Source: an uncultured bacterium (GTDB taxonomy: Bacteria > Verrucomicrobiota > Kiritimatiellia > RFP12 > UBA1067). From it: a stretch of DNA of 64,000 nucleotides. The notes beneath the pieces are model-generated. The model saw only the letters and a list, made by a program, of their open reading frames with translations. It searched no databases and was not told where the DNA came from. Position numbers and translations under genes: made by a program. Location of the stretch: the NCBI GenBank assembly GCA_902801025.1, contig CADCGZ010000012.1, forward strand, positions 29,830-93,829, read 5' to 3'. Positions 37,198-46,151 of the stretch are shown piece after piece (positions within the stretch are counted from its first letter, which is position 1; each line of letters begins with the position of its first letter).

Positions 37198-38562
37198 CTA
37201 TTTCACTAAATGCATCTCGATGTTCATGTTGCGGCAGAAGGCGGTGAGCTCGTCAACGCGGTCGCCGTACATGAGCGCATAGTGGTGCTCCCAACCGTTC
37301 TCCATAACCTCGCGGCGGACCGCCTCGCAGCCCGCGTCGAACTTGACGTTGAGCGGAGTGCCGCGCACGAAAAGATCGGTGTCGATTCCCGTGCCGGGGC
37401 AGACGAGCATCCGGAAGCCCCTTCCGTCGCGCGTCTCGCCGAGGCGCGCCAGCGTGACGCGTCCGGGCTTTAGCGGGAACTCTCCCGTGCAGCCCTTCAC
37501 TCCGCCTCCTTCGACGGTCGCGGAGCAGTGGAGCTCCGGCGTGCAGCCGGGCTTGGCGAGCCCGCAAGGAGCCGCGCCGCAGTGCCAGACAGTCCCGTGG
37601 TCGCCTTCGCAGATGATCAAGTCGCAGAAGAACGGAAGCTCGCCGGAGATTATCTGTCCGATGCGCATCATGACCGCGCCGTACACATCGCCTTCGCACG
37701 CAGTGAGGTAGCCGTGGTTCGTAAGGTGGCCAAGCGTAGAACAGACAGCGATTCCGTAGAACTCGCTCAAGATCACCTCCGGCCAGCAGCGCATCGCGAA
37801 CGTGTCGACGAAGAACTTCTCCTTGAGCTTCATCACGGCGGCGATGAGACGGGCCGACTTCTCCTTCTGATCACCGCTAGGAGCGTCCGCCGAAGGCGTC
37901 TTCAGGTCTTCGTCGATGATGGCAATCCCCTTTGCGACCTCGTCGGCGGTGAGGTTCTTCGCGACGGTGAAGAGCTCGTGCTCAGTGATGATCTTGACCT
38001 CGGGCCCGAGCGTGCGGCGGAGCATCATCTCGTCCACGCAGCTCGTGAAGAAGCCGGGGACGCGTCCGCCGATAAGTCCGATGCGCATCCTGCCGAGCGC
38101 CTTCATCGCCTGCGCGACGCGGATCTGCTTCATGAGCTGCGTTTCCGCTTCCTTTGTCCCCGCCTGGGCGTGGACGTAGAAGTACGGGATGCCGAGCCGC
38201 CACATGTGGTGGGCGTTCATGTTCGCCGCGCAGAACGAGTTGTTCTGGAGGCGCCCGCCCTTCGGATCGGGCTCCGGCTGCGACCAGAGGAGGATCGGCA
38301 CCTTGAGCCGCTGCGCGAACATAGGCGGAACGACGCCGAGCGAGAACGTGAGGAAGTGCGCGACGATGAGGTCGGGACGGTCCTTCTCCCACTGGTCGAG
38401 GACCTCGATTGCCTCGCCTTCGAGCGCGAGCATGTGGTCGGGCGCGATCACCTCGACGTCGGGTAGCGTCTTGAGGAACGCGATTGCGTTTGCGCGCGCG
38501 GCCTCGAGAGTGTCGTTCGTCCAGTTGACTTTGCTGAGCGGTAGGTATCCAATCTTGAACAT
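37198..38562 (-). CDS. L-fucose/L-arabinose isomerase family protein
   Basis: NSFCAANM, RCWPE, ACEGDVYG, WHCG, KPGRVTLARL and WEHHYALMYG motifs. Confidence 0.85.
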   Translation of the reverse strand: MFKIGYLPLSKVNWTNDTLEAARANAIAFLKTLPDVEVIAPDHMLALEGEAIEVLDQWEKDRPDLIVAHFLTFSLGVVPPMFAQRLKVPILLWSQPEPDPKGGRLQNNSFCAANMNAHHMWRLGIPYFYVHAQAGTKEAETQLMKQIRVAQAMKALGRMRIGLIGGRVPGFFTSCVDEMMLRRTLGPEVKIITEHELFTVAKNLTADEVAKGIAIIDEDLKTPSADAPSGDQKEKSARLIAAVMKLKEKFFVDTFAMRCWPEVILSEFYGIAVCSTLGHLTNHGYLTACEGDVYGAVMMRIGQIISGELPFFCDLIICEGDHGTVWHCGAAPCGLAKPGCTPELHCSATVEGGGVKGCTGEFPLKPGRVTLARLGETRDGRGFRMLVCPGTGIDTDLFVRGTPLNVKFDAGCEAVRREVMENGWEHHYALMYGDRVDELTAFCRNMNIEMHLVK

Positions 38563-38591
38563 TGCTAAGTTCCTTTTTTGATATTTAAAGT

Positions 38592-38653
38592 TTTTAACGC
38601 AGAGGCGCAGAGACGCGGAGAGCTCTACACGTTCTACATGTTCTACACGGTTA
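38592..38653. repeat. Adjacent CTCTGCG-type (copy 2, inverted) and TTCTACACG-type short tandem elements
   Basis: ttttaacgcagaggcgcagagacgcggagag followed by ctctacacgttctacatgttctacacggtta. Confidence 0.75.
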
Positions 38654-39568
38654 GACCTCTTTATGATTTATTAGAAATTCCTCCACTTCGGGGCGGGTGG
38701 GTGCGGACGGCGGGCGCCCGGAGAGCCCACGGCACTTGATCGCCGAGACCGCCGCGCCAAAGCGCTGGCATTCGAGAAGATCATGCGTCTCAAGCCAGCG
38801 GACGGCGAACCCTGTATGGAAGAGATCGCCGCATCCCGTCGTGTCGACGACTTTCTCGACCTTGAACGCAGGGCACTTCACGAAATCCTTGCCGTCAAAC
38901 GCCATCGACCCACGAACGCCCATCGTCGCGCCGCAGACCTTCGGGCGGTACTTTGCGTAAACCTGCCTCACCGCCTCCTCGGCGTCCTTCAAGCCAGTGA
39001 GCTTTAGGATGAACTCCTCCGAGCAGATAAGCAAATCGGCAAGCGGCAAAAGTTCCACCATGCCATCACGATGGGTGCCTGCGTCGTACATGACAGTGAC
39101 GCCCGCCTCGCGCGCGACCTTCGCCGCGGCAATCGCGCCGCCCGCGTTGTGTCCGTCGAGATGGAGCACCTTCGCGGCGGCGATCCTCTCGGCGTCTATC
39201 TCGTCCGCCGTCAGCTCGTCCAGCCCCTCGCGCGTCCACGCGCAAGACCTGGCGCCAGTCTTCTCCTCGATCCAAAGGTACGCAATCGCGCTCGTCGCGC
39301 CCTTCCTGATCTTCACCATCGAAGTGTCGACGTTCTGCTTCGCAAAATCGTCGAGGATCATGCGACCGTCCGCATCGTCGCCGACGGTTCCGACGAACGC
39401 CGCGCGCATTCCAAGCGCCGCGGCGCCCGCCGTTGAGTTCGCGGCAGGTCCGCCGCCCATGATCGCATGCGAGAGCATCCTCACCTTCGTGTCCATCGGA
39501 ATGAACGGCAGCACCGCGAGGTGGTCGTTCGAACAAAAGCCGAGGCCGATGTAATCCGCATCTTTCAT
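38651..39568 (-). CDS. PfkB-family carbohydrate kinase
   Basis: GGGPAAN, GTVGDDADG and VDTTGCGDLF motifs; start reassigned to MKDADYIG. Confidence 0.92.
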   Translation of the reverse strand: MKDADYIGLGFCSNDHLAVLPFIPMDTKVRMLSHAIMGGGPAANSTAGAAALGMRAAFVGTVGDDADGRMILDDFAKQNVDTSMVKIRKGATSAIAYLWIEEKTGARSCAWTREGLDELTADEIDAERIAAAKVLHLDGHNAGGAIAAAKVAREAGVTVMYDAGTHRDGMVELLPLADLLICSEEFILKLTGLKDAEEAVRQVYAKYRPKVCGATMGVRGSMAFDGKDFVKCPAFKVEKVVDTTGCGDLFHTGFAVRWLETHDLLECQRFGAAVSAIKCRGLSGRPPSAPTRPEVEEFLINHKEV

Positions 39569-39575
39569 CACAGCA

Positions 39576-39652
39576 ATTATACCACAAACACCATGAGAGT
39601 GGCGAGTGGTCCCCTGAAACGAGATGAGAAAACATGAGAAATATGGTAAACT
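39576..39652. promoter_or_regulatory. Divergent promoters for pfkB and deoR with three TGAGA boxes
   Basis: Minus-strand TGGTATAAT with hexamer at 39576-39581; plus-strand TGGTAAACT with hexamer at 39647-39652; TGAGA at 39594, 39625 and 39635. Confidence 0.7.
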
Positions 39653-39659
39653 ATCCCGC

Positions 39660-40388
39660 ATGGACAACCTACGCATACGCAAGATAATCAACTTCGCGAA
39701 AGAACGCAAGTCGTGCTCTATCGCCGAACTCATGGAGGAGTTTGGCGTAAGTTCCGCGACAATACACCGCGACATAGAGCTTCTCGCAAAGCGCGACGCC
39801 ATAGAGCGCGTCCGTGGCGGCATAATCTACAACGACGCGCCGAACGCCCGCGCAACTTCTGCAAACTACCAGGAACGCGTCGTCGCGAGGCGCGCGGAGA
39901 AAATCGCGGCGGCACGACGGGCGCTCGCTCTTGTGGAAGAGGGAGACATCGTGTTCCTCGACTCGTCAACGACCGTCTACGAGCTTGCGCTACTTTTGGT
40001 GCAAAGCAAGTTCGACCACCTGACCGTAATCACAAACGCGATTCCGGTGATGCATCTCTTCAGGAAGTTTCCGCCGCACTGGTCGATGATCGGGCTCGGG
40101 GGAAACTTCGACCCGCAGCTCAACTCAATCCTCGGCGCCGCGGCGCTCGAGCATCTGTCGCACTTCAATGTCACGAAGGCGTTCGTCTCGGCCTTCGGGC
40201 TCGACGACAAGACGGCCACAACAAACCACGAGCAGCAGGCCGAGATACTGCGCAGAGTGCTCGATGCCGCAGACAAGCGCTATCTAATCATCGACCACAC
40301 GAAGATAGGGCGAAAGGGAATCTACCGCATCGCCGCCCGCGGCGGATTCGACGCGATCCTGACGGACAGGGCAAAGGACAGTCGATAA
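39660..40388 (+). CDS. DeoR/GlpR-family transcriptional regulator
   Basis: FGVSSATIHRD HTH, RVRGG, VFLDSSTT and VITN motifs. Confidence 0.95.
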   Translation: MDNLRIRKIINFAKERKSCSIAELMEEFGVSSATIHRDIELLAKRDAIERVRGGIIYNDAPNARATSANYQERVVARRAEKIAAARRALALVEEGDIVFLDSSTTVYELALLLVQSKFDHLTVITNAIPVMHLFRKFPPHWSMIGLGGNFDPQLNSILGAAALEHLSHFNVTKAFVSAFGLDDKTATTNHEQQAEILRRVLDAADKRYLIIDHTKIGRKGIYRIAARGGFDAILTDRAKDSR

Positions 40389-40477
40389 TCGCGGCAGCGT
40401 CCGAATGCTCCTCCTCGGGGACCCTCGGCGAATACGCCGTATCCCCTCGCTCGGACATTCGCTCCGCCGCCACGATT
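40387..40477. repeat. ~90-bp palindromic element, copy A
   Basis: Core gctcctcctcgggg-accctcggcgaatacgccgtatcccctcgctcgga is the reverse complement of 45435-45520. Confidence 0.85.
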
Positions 40478-41423
40478 AGACGCGGACGCGGCCTGAGGCA
40501 ACCTCGGCGCGGTATTCGTCGACGGTGCGGCGAAGGCCGGCGGCAAGGTCAATCTTCGGCGCCCAGCCGAGCTTGCGGATGAGCCGCGTGTCGCAGAGCT
40601 TCCTCGGGGTGCCGTCGGGCTTCGTGCGATCCCACTCGATGAACGCCTGGGAGCCCGTCGCCTCCTTCACCATATCCGCAAGCTGGCGTATCGTCACTTC
40701 GCGGCCAGAGCCGACGTTTACGAGGTCTGGCGGGTTCTCCATCTCAAGGAGGAAGAGACACGCCGACGCGAGATCGTCCACGTGCAAGAACTCGCGAAGA
40801 GGCGAACCCGATCCCCAGAGCGTTACCTTCTGGTTGCCGTTGACGCGAGCCGTCTCGAACTTGCGTATCATCGTCGGAAGAACATGCCCATGCTCCGTGT
40901 CGTAGTTGTCGCCTGGCCCGTAGAGATTCGTCGGCATGAGGGAATGGTAGACAAGCCCCCTTTCGCGGCGCAGGAACTCGCAGAGCTTAAGCCCCGAGAT
41001 CTTCGCGAGCGCATAGCCCTCGTTCGTCTTCTCGAGCTCCGAGGTGAGAAGCGCCGACTCGGGGATCGGCTGCGGCGCCATGCGCGGGTAGATGCACGTC
41101 GAGCCGAGGAAAAGAAGCCGCTTAACGCCAGTCTCGGCAGCGGACCAGACGGTGTTCAGCGCGATAAGCTCGTTCTCGTAGAGAAACTGCGAATTCGCCG
41201 CGCTGTTCGCGCCGATGCCGCCGACACGCGCCGCCGCGATTATGGCGACGTCTGGCTTCTCCGCTTCGTAGAACGAGCGGACAGCAGCCGGATCGAGGAG
41301 ATCGAGCTCGGAATGTGTGCGCATGACGATGTTCTCGAAGCCCGCCGCCTTCAGCGCGCGGACGCACGCCGAGCCCACCATGCCGCGATGTCCCGCGACG
41401 TAAATCTTGTCGGTCTTAAGCAT
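40476..41423 (-). CDS. fcl: GDP-L-fucose synthase
   Basis: [36 protein letters not shown] and REFLHVDD motifs. Confidence 0.96.
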   Translation of the reverse strand: MLKTDKIYVAGHRGMVGSACVRALKAAGFENIVMRTHSELDLLDPAAVRSFYEAEKPDVAIIAAARVGGIGANSAANSQFLYENELIALNTVWSAAETGVKRLLFLGSTCIYPRMAPQPIPESALLTSELEKTNEGYALAKISGLKLCEFLRRERGLVYHSLMPTNLYGPGDNYDTEHGHVLPTMIRKFETARVNGNQKVTLWGSGSPLREFLHVDDLASACLFLLEMENPPDLVNVGSGREVTIRQLADMVKEATGSQAFIEWDRTKPDGTPRKLCDTRLIRKLGWAPKIDLAAGLRRTVDEYRAEVASGRVRV

Positions 41424-42423
41424 CCTTGAGCGCCCTTTCCTTGCGGGCGAGCTCAAGGTCGGACTCGACCATCATCTTCACGAGGTCGTGGAACTTGACC
41501 TTCGGCTCCCAGCCAAGCTCGCGCTTCGCCTTCGACGCATCGCCGAGAAGCTGGTCGACCTCGGTTGGGCGGAGATACCTCTTGTCGCACTCGACGTACT
41601 TCTCCCAGTCGAGGCCAACGAGGCCGAACGCCTCCTCAAGGAACTCCTTTACCGTATGCATCTCGCCGGTCGCAAGGACGAACTCGTCGGGCCGCTCGTG
41701 CTGCATGATGCGCCACATGCCCTCGACGTAGTCGCCTGCAAAACCCCAGTCGCGGAGCGAGTTGATGTTGCCCATGTAGAGCTTGTCCTGGAGCCCCATC
41801 TTGATGCGGCCCACGGCGCGCGTGATCTTGCGCGTCACGAACGTCTCACCGCGGCGAGGCGACTCGTGGTTGAAGAGTATTCCGTTCGAGGCGAAGATGC
41901 CGTAGGCCTCGCGGTAGTTGCGGACAGCCCAGTATGCGTAAAGCTTAGCGACGGCGTAGGGCGAGCGCGGGTAGAAAGGCGTAGTCTCCTTCTGGGGGAC
42001 TTCCTGCACAAGGCCGAAAAGCTCGGAAGTAGACGCCTGGTAGAACTTCGTCAGCTTGTCGCGGCCCGTCAAGTGGATCGCCTCGAGAAGACGCATCGCG
42101 CCAAGCGCATCGACGTCGCCTGTGAACTCTGGCGAATCGAATGACACGCGCACGTGGCTCTGCGCCGCGAGGTTGTAGATTTCATCGGGCTGGATCTCGT
42201 AGACGAGCTTTACGAGGTTCGCGCTGTCCGCAAGGTCTCCATAGTGAAGGAAGAGTCGGACACCGTTGATGTGTGGGTCCTGATAGAGGTGGTCTATCCT
42301 CTCAGTATTGAACGTCGACGCGCGGCGGATTATGCCGTGGACTTCATAGCCCTTGTCGAGCAACAGCTCCGTGAGATAGCTGCCGTCCTGCCCCGTAATA
42401 CCGGTGATTAGTGCTTTCTTCAT
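41416..42423 (-). CDS. gmd: GDP-mannose 4,6-dehydratase
   Basis: [29 protein letters not shown] and [15 protein letters not shown] motifs. Confidence 0.98.
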   Translation of the reverse strand: MKKALITGITGQDGSYLTELLLDKGYEVHGIIRRASTFNTERIDHLYQDPHINGVRLFLHYGDLADSANLVKLVYEIQPDEIYNLAAQSHVRVSFDSPEFTGDVDALGAMRLLEAIHLTGRDKLTKFYQASTSELFGLVQEVPQKETTPFYPRSPYAVAKLYAYWAVRNYREAYGIFASNGILFNHESPRRGETFVTRKITRAVGRIKMGLQDKLYMGNINSLRDWGFAGDYVEGMWRIMQHERPDEFVLATGEMHTVKEFLEEAFGLVGLDWEKYVECDKRYLRPTEVDQLLGDASKAKRELGWEPKVKFHDLVKMMVESDLELARKERALKDA

Positions 42424-42523
42424 TTTGTCCTCTTTCCTTGGGACATGTATTATACCAAATTCACGGGCCCTAAGGCCTACCCCCTAACCCAAACTAAAAT
42501 CTCCACCGCTCTCCAACAAAAAC

Positions 42524-42563
42524 CTCTCTGCGTACTCTGCGTCTCTGCGTCTCTGCGTTAAAA
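42524..42563. repeat. CTCTGCG-type short tandem element, copy 3
   Basis: ctctctgcgtactctgcgtctctgcgtctctgcgttaaaa. Confidence 0.75.
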
Positions 42564-42612
42564 ATTCTAATAAAAAAGATATCAATTCCATTCTCCAACT
42601 CCTAATCCCTGC

Positions 42613-45378
42613 CTACTTCGCGAGTTCGTACATCATCGTCGGGGCGTCCTTGCCCTCGCCCGCCGCGACGCTAACCGTGAAGGCATACGCGCCGTTGGCG
42701 TATTTGGCGGGGACTTTCCTCAGGCGCGTGCCGTCAGAGGCGAGCGCGTAGAGCGAAAGCCCCGCGTTAGCGTTCTTTAGCGAGACCTTCGCGGAACCAG
42801 TCTTCGCGAGATATGGAAGCTTGCCCCACGCCTTTGTGTCGGTCCGCTTGTCGTTCGTAAAGGACATGTCGGTGTTCACGACGTCGGTGATGTGCAGGAC
42901 AAGGACGCGGCGCGACTTCGCAAGCTCGGCACCGTCCATCGACGAAGCCGAGACGCTGCAGAACGTCGTCGCACCCGAAACGGCGAGCGGCCCCGCAGAG
43001 AGGTCGTGCCTGTCGATCGAGCAGACCGCGGCAGTGCGCGGCGAATTAACCGAGAGGTCGCCAAGCTTCGTGCTGATGCGGATCTCCTTCGTGTCCGAAA
43101 CCGTCTCGCCCGTGAACTTCGGAATGGCGTTCTTCGTCGCGGCCGTCCAGGTTTTCGTACAGGCAAGCTTCGGGCTTTCGCCGTTGTCGGCCGTGTAGGA
43201 GCCGATCCGAGAGGTGTAGCCGAGCTGCGTGAACGGATGCGGGAAAAGCCCGTTCGCCCACATGTCGCCGAGACCGCGCCCAAACGCTTCGCCCTTTGTG
43301 ACGCCGTAGCCGTAGATCTCCTTGGCGGGCGCAACGTCGCCGCGGCCGAACATCAGCACGACCTGGCGCTCCGTGAGCTGCCCGATGGGGTCGCGGCAGA
43401 TGTCGAAGCCCCTCACCGCGTGGTCGCCAAACATCCCGTCGCGCGAATGGCTCCAGGCGAAGCGGTAGAGCGCGTCCCAGTCCTGGAGCGAGGCGTAGGC
43501 GCCCATCATGAGGCCGCCGTCGCCGCGGAACTTGTTCGGCGGGCAGTAGTTGTACTCGGTGATAGTGAACGGCTTGCCGAGGATGCGCGTCGGCGCCTTC
43601 ATCATCGGCTCGTTGTACGTCGGGTTGCCGCTCTTGATGTCGGACACCTGGTTGACGTGGAACGGCAGCTTCTGGTAGCTGGGCTGCGGATGGTCGCCGT
43701 AGCCATGGTTGTCGACTACCTCAAGCGTTTCGCGCTCGTAGGCCTGCGCCGTGTTGTCCCACCAGTTGCCGCCCGAGATGAGCGCACGGACGCCGGCGTC
43801 CTTCAGGCGCTTGGCCATGCGGACGTTTGCATCGGCCTTGACCTTGTAGAGGAACTCCGCAAACTCCTTCTTCTTGCCGATGTCCTTGGCGGGGTACTCG
43901 GGATAGCCCTTCCCCTTCGCCCACTCGTTGTACTTCTTGACGTACATGTCGGCCGCGCCCCACCAGACCGTCGCTATCGAGTCCTCGTTCATCAGCGTGA
44001 CGAAGAGCACCGCGGGGTCGTCCTTCCACTTGATGCCGGTGTAGGGGTTTACGTGGTCGAAGATCTCCATCGCGCGACGGAACCACTGGTCCTCGGCCGG
44101 CTTGTGGATCGGCACAATGGCCTTGACCGTATTCGAGTTAAGCGGCTTGTCGAAGCCCTCGCAGCTGCCAAGGCCGCCCATCGCGTAGAGGTCGAACGTC
44201 GCGTAGATGCCAGCCTTCTTGCACTCCGCGAACAGGTAGTCGAGCTGGTCGAGGCGCGCGGGGGATATCTCGGGATAGGTCTTCCGGTTCCAGAGGTTGT
44301 TCCACTCGTCCTTCGTTATCGTCACATCGATGTGGTGGAAACGCACCGTGTTCCAGCCACGGCGTACGAAGTCCTGAACGACCCGTTTGCACTGCTCCTT
44401 CGAGAGGAAGTTCGCGTCGAAGCAGAGATTTCCGCCGACGAAGCGGACGGGCTTGTTGGGACGCTTGTCGAAAACGAAATGGCCGTCCTTCGTCACCTTG
44501 GCGAAACCGTACTTGCCAGCCGGGGCGTCGGCGGAAACCATGTTGGAGAAGTCGAGGATCGAGCCCTCCTTGATGTCGTTCTGGAACGGGAAGACGCACC
44601 AGTCGGCGTTCGCCACCATCTTCGCGGGCGGCGGAGGAAGGTCGAGTTTCACCTTGCCGGCGGACTTCTTCAGCGAATCGGCAAACGCACCGTAGAACTC
44701 GAACTCGATCGTCGAGCTCGTCGCGGCCTTGGCGTCCGGGAAGTCGACGCGCAGCTCGAAGCGATCCTGCTTGTCCTTGCGGCCATCCCACAGGACGGGA
44801 TTGCCCTTGGAGACGGAGAGTCCGAGCGTCTTGGCGCCTTCTTTTGACACGATCTTTATCGCGCCCTTTTCGCCGACGCCGATCCACTCGTCGCCGTACT
44901 CGGCGGGAATAGGCTTGCCCGACACGGTGCCGCCCGCGAAGTCGGAGAGAGGAAGCGGGAAGCGGATGTAGGCGCGTTCAAGCGCCATCGGCTTGCCGTC
45001 AAGCGAGGCAATCTTCCAGCGGGCACGTGCCTTTGCCTCGCCCTGCTTCGAGACGTCGTAGAACTCCTCGCGAATCGAAAGTCCACGTGACCCGGCCCAT
45101 ATCTTCGCGGTGAAGAGAAGGCCCCTTCCGAGCGCAGGATCGTCTATCGGCTCCTTCTTGTGCTCCTTCGCGGCGTAGTCCTGTGCGGTGTACGCCCAGT
45201 TGGGACCGAACGCGACGAAGTTCACGAATCCCCACTCTACCTTCGAGCTGTCGCGGACGATCCCCTGCACCTGCGGAAGTCCGCGGCCTTCGACGGAGAT
45301 GTTCGCGGGCGTGTCCGCAAACGCGATATGCGCAGCAAGCGAAACAGCAGCAACGTAAACGAGATTTTGAGTTTTCAT
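42613..45378 (-). CDS. Secreted clan GH-A (GH5-like) glycoside hydrolase
   Basis: Signal peptide, GWNTVRFHH, NPYTG..WKDDPA, MNED (acid/base) and TITEY (nucleophile) motifs. Confidence 0.75.
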   Translation of the reverse strand: MKTQNLVYVAAVSLAAHIAFADTPANISVEGRGLPQVQGIVRDSSKVEWGFVNFVAFGPNWAYTAQDYAAKEHKKEPIDDPALGRGLLFTAKIWAGSRGLSIREEFYDVSKQGEAKARARWKIASLDGKPMALERAYIRFPLPLSDFAGGTVSGKPIPAEYGDEWIGVGEKGAIKIVSKEGAKTLGLSVSKGNPVLWDGRKDKQDRFELRVDFPDAKAATSSTIEFEFYGAFADSLKKSAGKVKLDLPPPPAKMVANADWCVFPFQNDIKEGSILDFSNMVSADAPAGKYGFAKVTKDGHFVFDKRPNKPVRFVGGNLCFDANFLSKEQCKRVVQDFVRRGWNTVRFHHIDVTITKDEWNNLWNRKTYPEISPARLDQLDYLFAECKKAGIYATFDLYAMGGLGSCEGFDKPLNSNTVKAIVPIHKPAEDQWFRRAMEIFDHVNPYTGIKWKDDPAVLFVTLMNEDSIATVWWGAADMYVKKYNEWAKGKGYPEYPAKDIGKKKEFAEFLYKVKADANVRMAKRLKDAGVRALISGGNWWDNTAQAYERETLEVVDNHGYGDHPQPSYQKLPFHVNQVSDIKSGNPTYNEPMMKAPTRILGKPFTITEYNYCPPNKFRGDGGLMMGAYASLQDWDALYRFAWSHSRDGMFGDHAVRGFDICRDPIGQLTERQVVLMFGRGDVAPAKEIYGYGVTKGEAFGRGLGDMWANGLFPHPFTQLGYTSRIGSYTADNGESPKLACTKTWTAATKNAIPKFTGETVSDTKEIRISTKLGDLSVNSPRTAAVCSIDRHDLSAGPLAVSGATTFCSVSASSMDGAELAKSRRVLVLHITDVVNTDMSFTNDKRTDTKAWGKLPYLAKTGSAKVSLKNANAGLSLYALASDGTRLRKVPAKYANGAYAFTVSVAAGEGKDAPTMMYELAK

Positions 45379-45434
45379 GACCGCATTTTACCAAATGCCG
45401 CGCACATTGGGAATATACGATGGTATATGCGAAA

Positions 45435-45520
45435 AGAGGCAACGGAGCGAAAATCCGAGCGAGGGGATACGGCGTATTCGCCGAGGGTTCCCCGAGGAGG
45501 AGCTTTCGGCCGTTGCCTCT
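45435..45520. repeat. ~90-bp palindromic element, copy B
   Basis: Arms agaggcaacgg/ccgttgcctct; core matches 40387-40477 in inverted orientation. Confidence 0.85.
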
Positions 45521-45524
45521 ATTA

Positions 45525-46151
45525 TCAGGCGCGAGGCGGTATTAGACCGCGCTCCACGGCGCGATTCACCGCGTCTACGCGGTCGCGGGCGCCAAGCTTG
45601 GCGAAGACGCTGGAAAGGCGAACCTTCACCGTTATCTCGCTGACCTCAAGCGCCTCTGCAATCTCACGGTTCTGCTTACCCTCCGAGACGAGGCGCAGCG
45701 TATCGATCTCCTTGTCGGAAAAAGTCGGCGAGGCCGCACGACGTTCGTAGATGACGCGCACGGGCTCTGGGATATAGCGATCTCCGCCTGCTACGGTGCG
45801 TATCGCATCGACAATGTCGTCGGCCGCCTCGGTCTTGAGGACATACCCCTTCGCGCCGATCTCAAGCGAACGATAGATGTCTTCGTCGGTTCCGCTCGTC
45901 GTGAGCATCACCACTTTTGCCTTGGGGTTTGCAGCAAGAATCTCTTCGAGCGCAGCGATTCCGTCGGTCCCCGGCATCCTGATGTCGAGAAGCGTGACAT
46001 CGGGCTTTACGCGCGAGACGAAATCCGCGGCACCTGCGCCGCTGTCGTGTTCGCCGACGAAGTCAAGGTCCTTGAAGAGCCGCACAGTAAACTTGAGGCC
46101 CATTCTCACGACCGAGTGGTCATCTATCACCGCGACACGTATGCGCTTCAT
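45525..46151 (-). CDS. NarL/LuxR-family response regulator
   Basis: IDDH, LLDIRMP and GYVLK motifs with a C-terminal LuxR HTH; ATGA overlap with the kinase gene. Confidence 0.94.
   Translation of the reverse strand: MKRIRVAVIDDHSVVRMGLKFTVRLFKDLDFVGEHDSGAGAADFVSRVKPDVTLLDIRMPGTDGIAALEEILAANPKAKVVMLTTSGTDEDIYRSLEIGAKGYVLKTEAADDIVDAIRTVAGGDRYIPEPVRVIYERRAASPTFSDKEIDTLRLVSEGKQNREIAEALEVSEITVKVRLSSVFAKLGARDRVDAVNRAVERGLIPPRA

Noticed and set aside
39569-39823. Long N-terminal extension of the PfkB ORF
   Set aside because: It runs antisense through deoR and the divergent promoters; family similarity starts at MKDADY.
26520-40388. Sulfoglycolysis or full myo-inositol operon
   Set aside because: The GH31 has FKFDAGD and no recognisable sulfoquinovosidase motif, no YihS-type isomerase is present, and iolG, iolE and iolD are absent.
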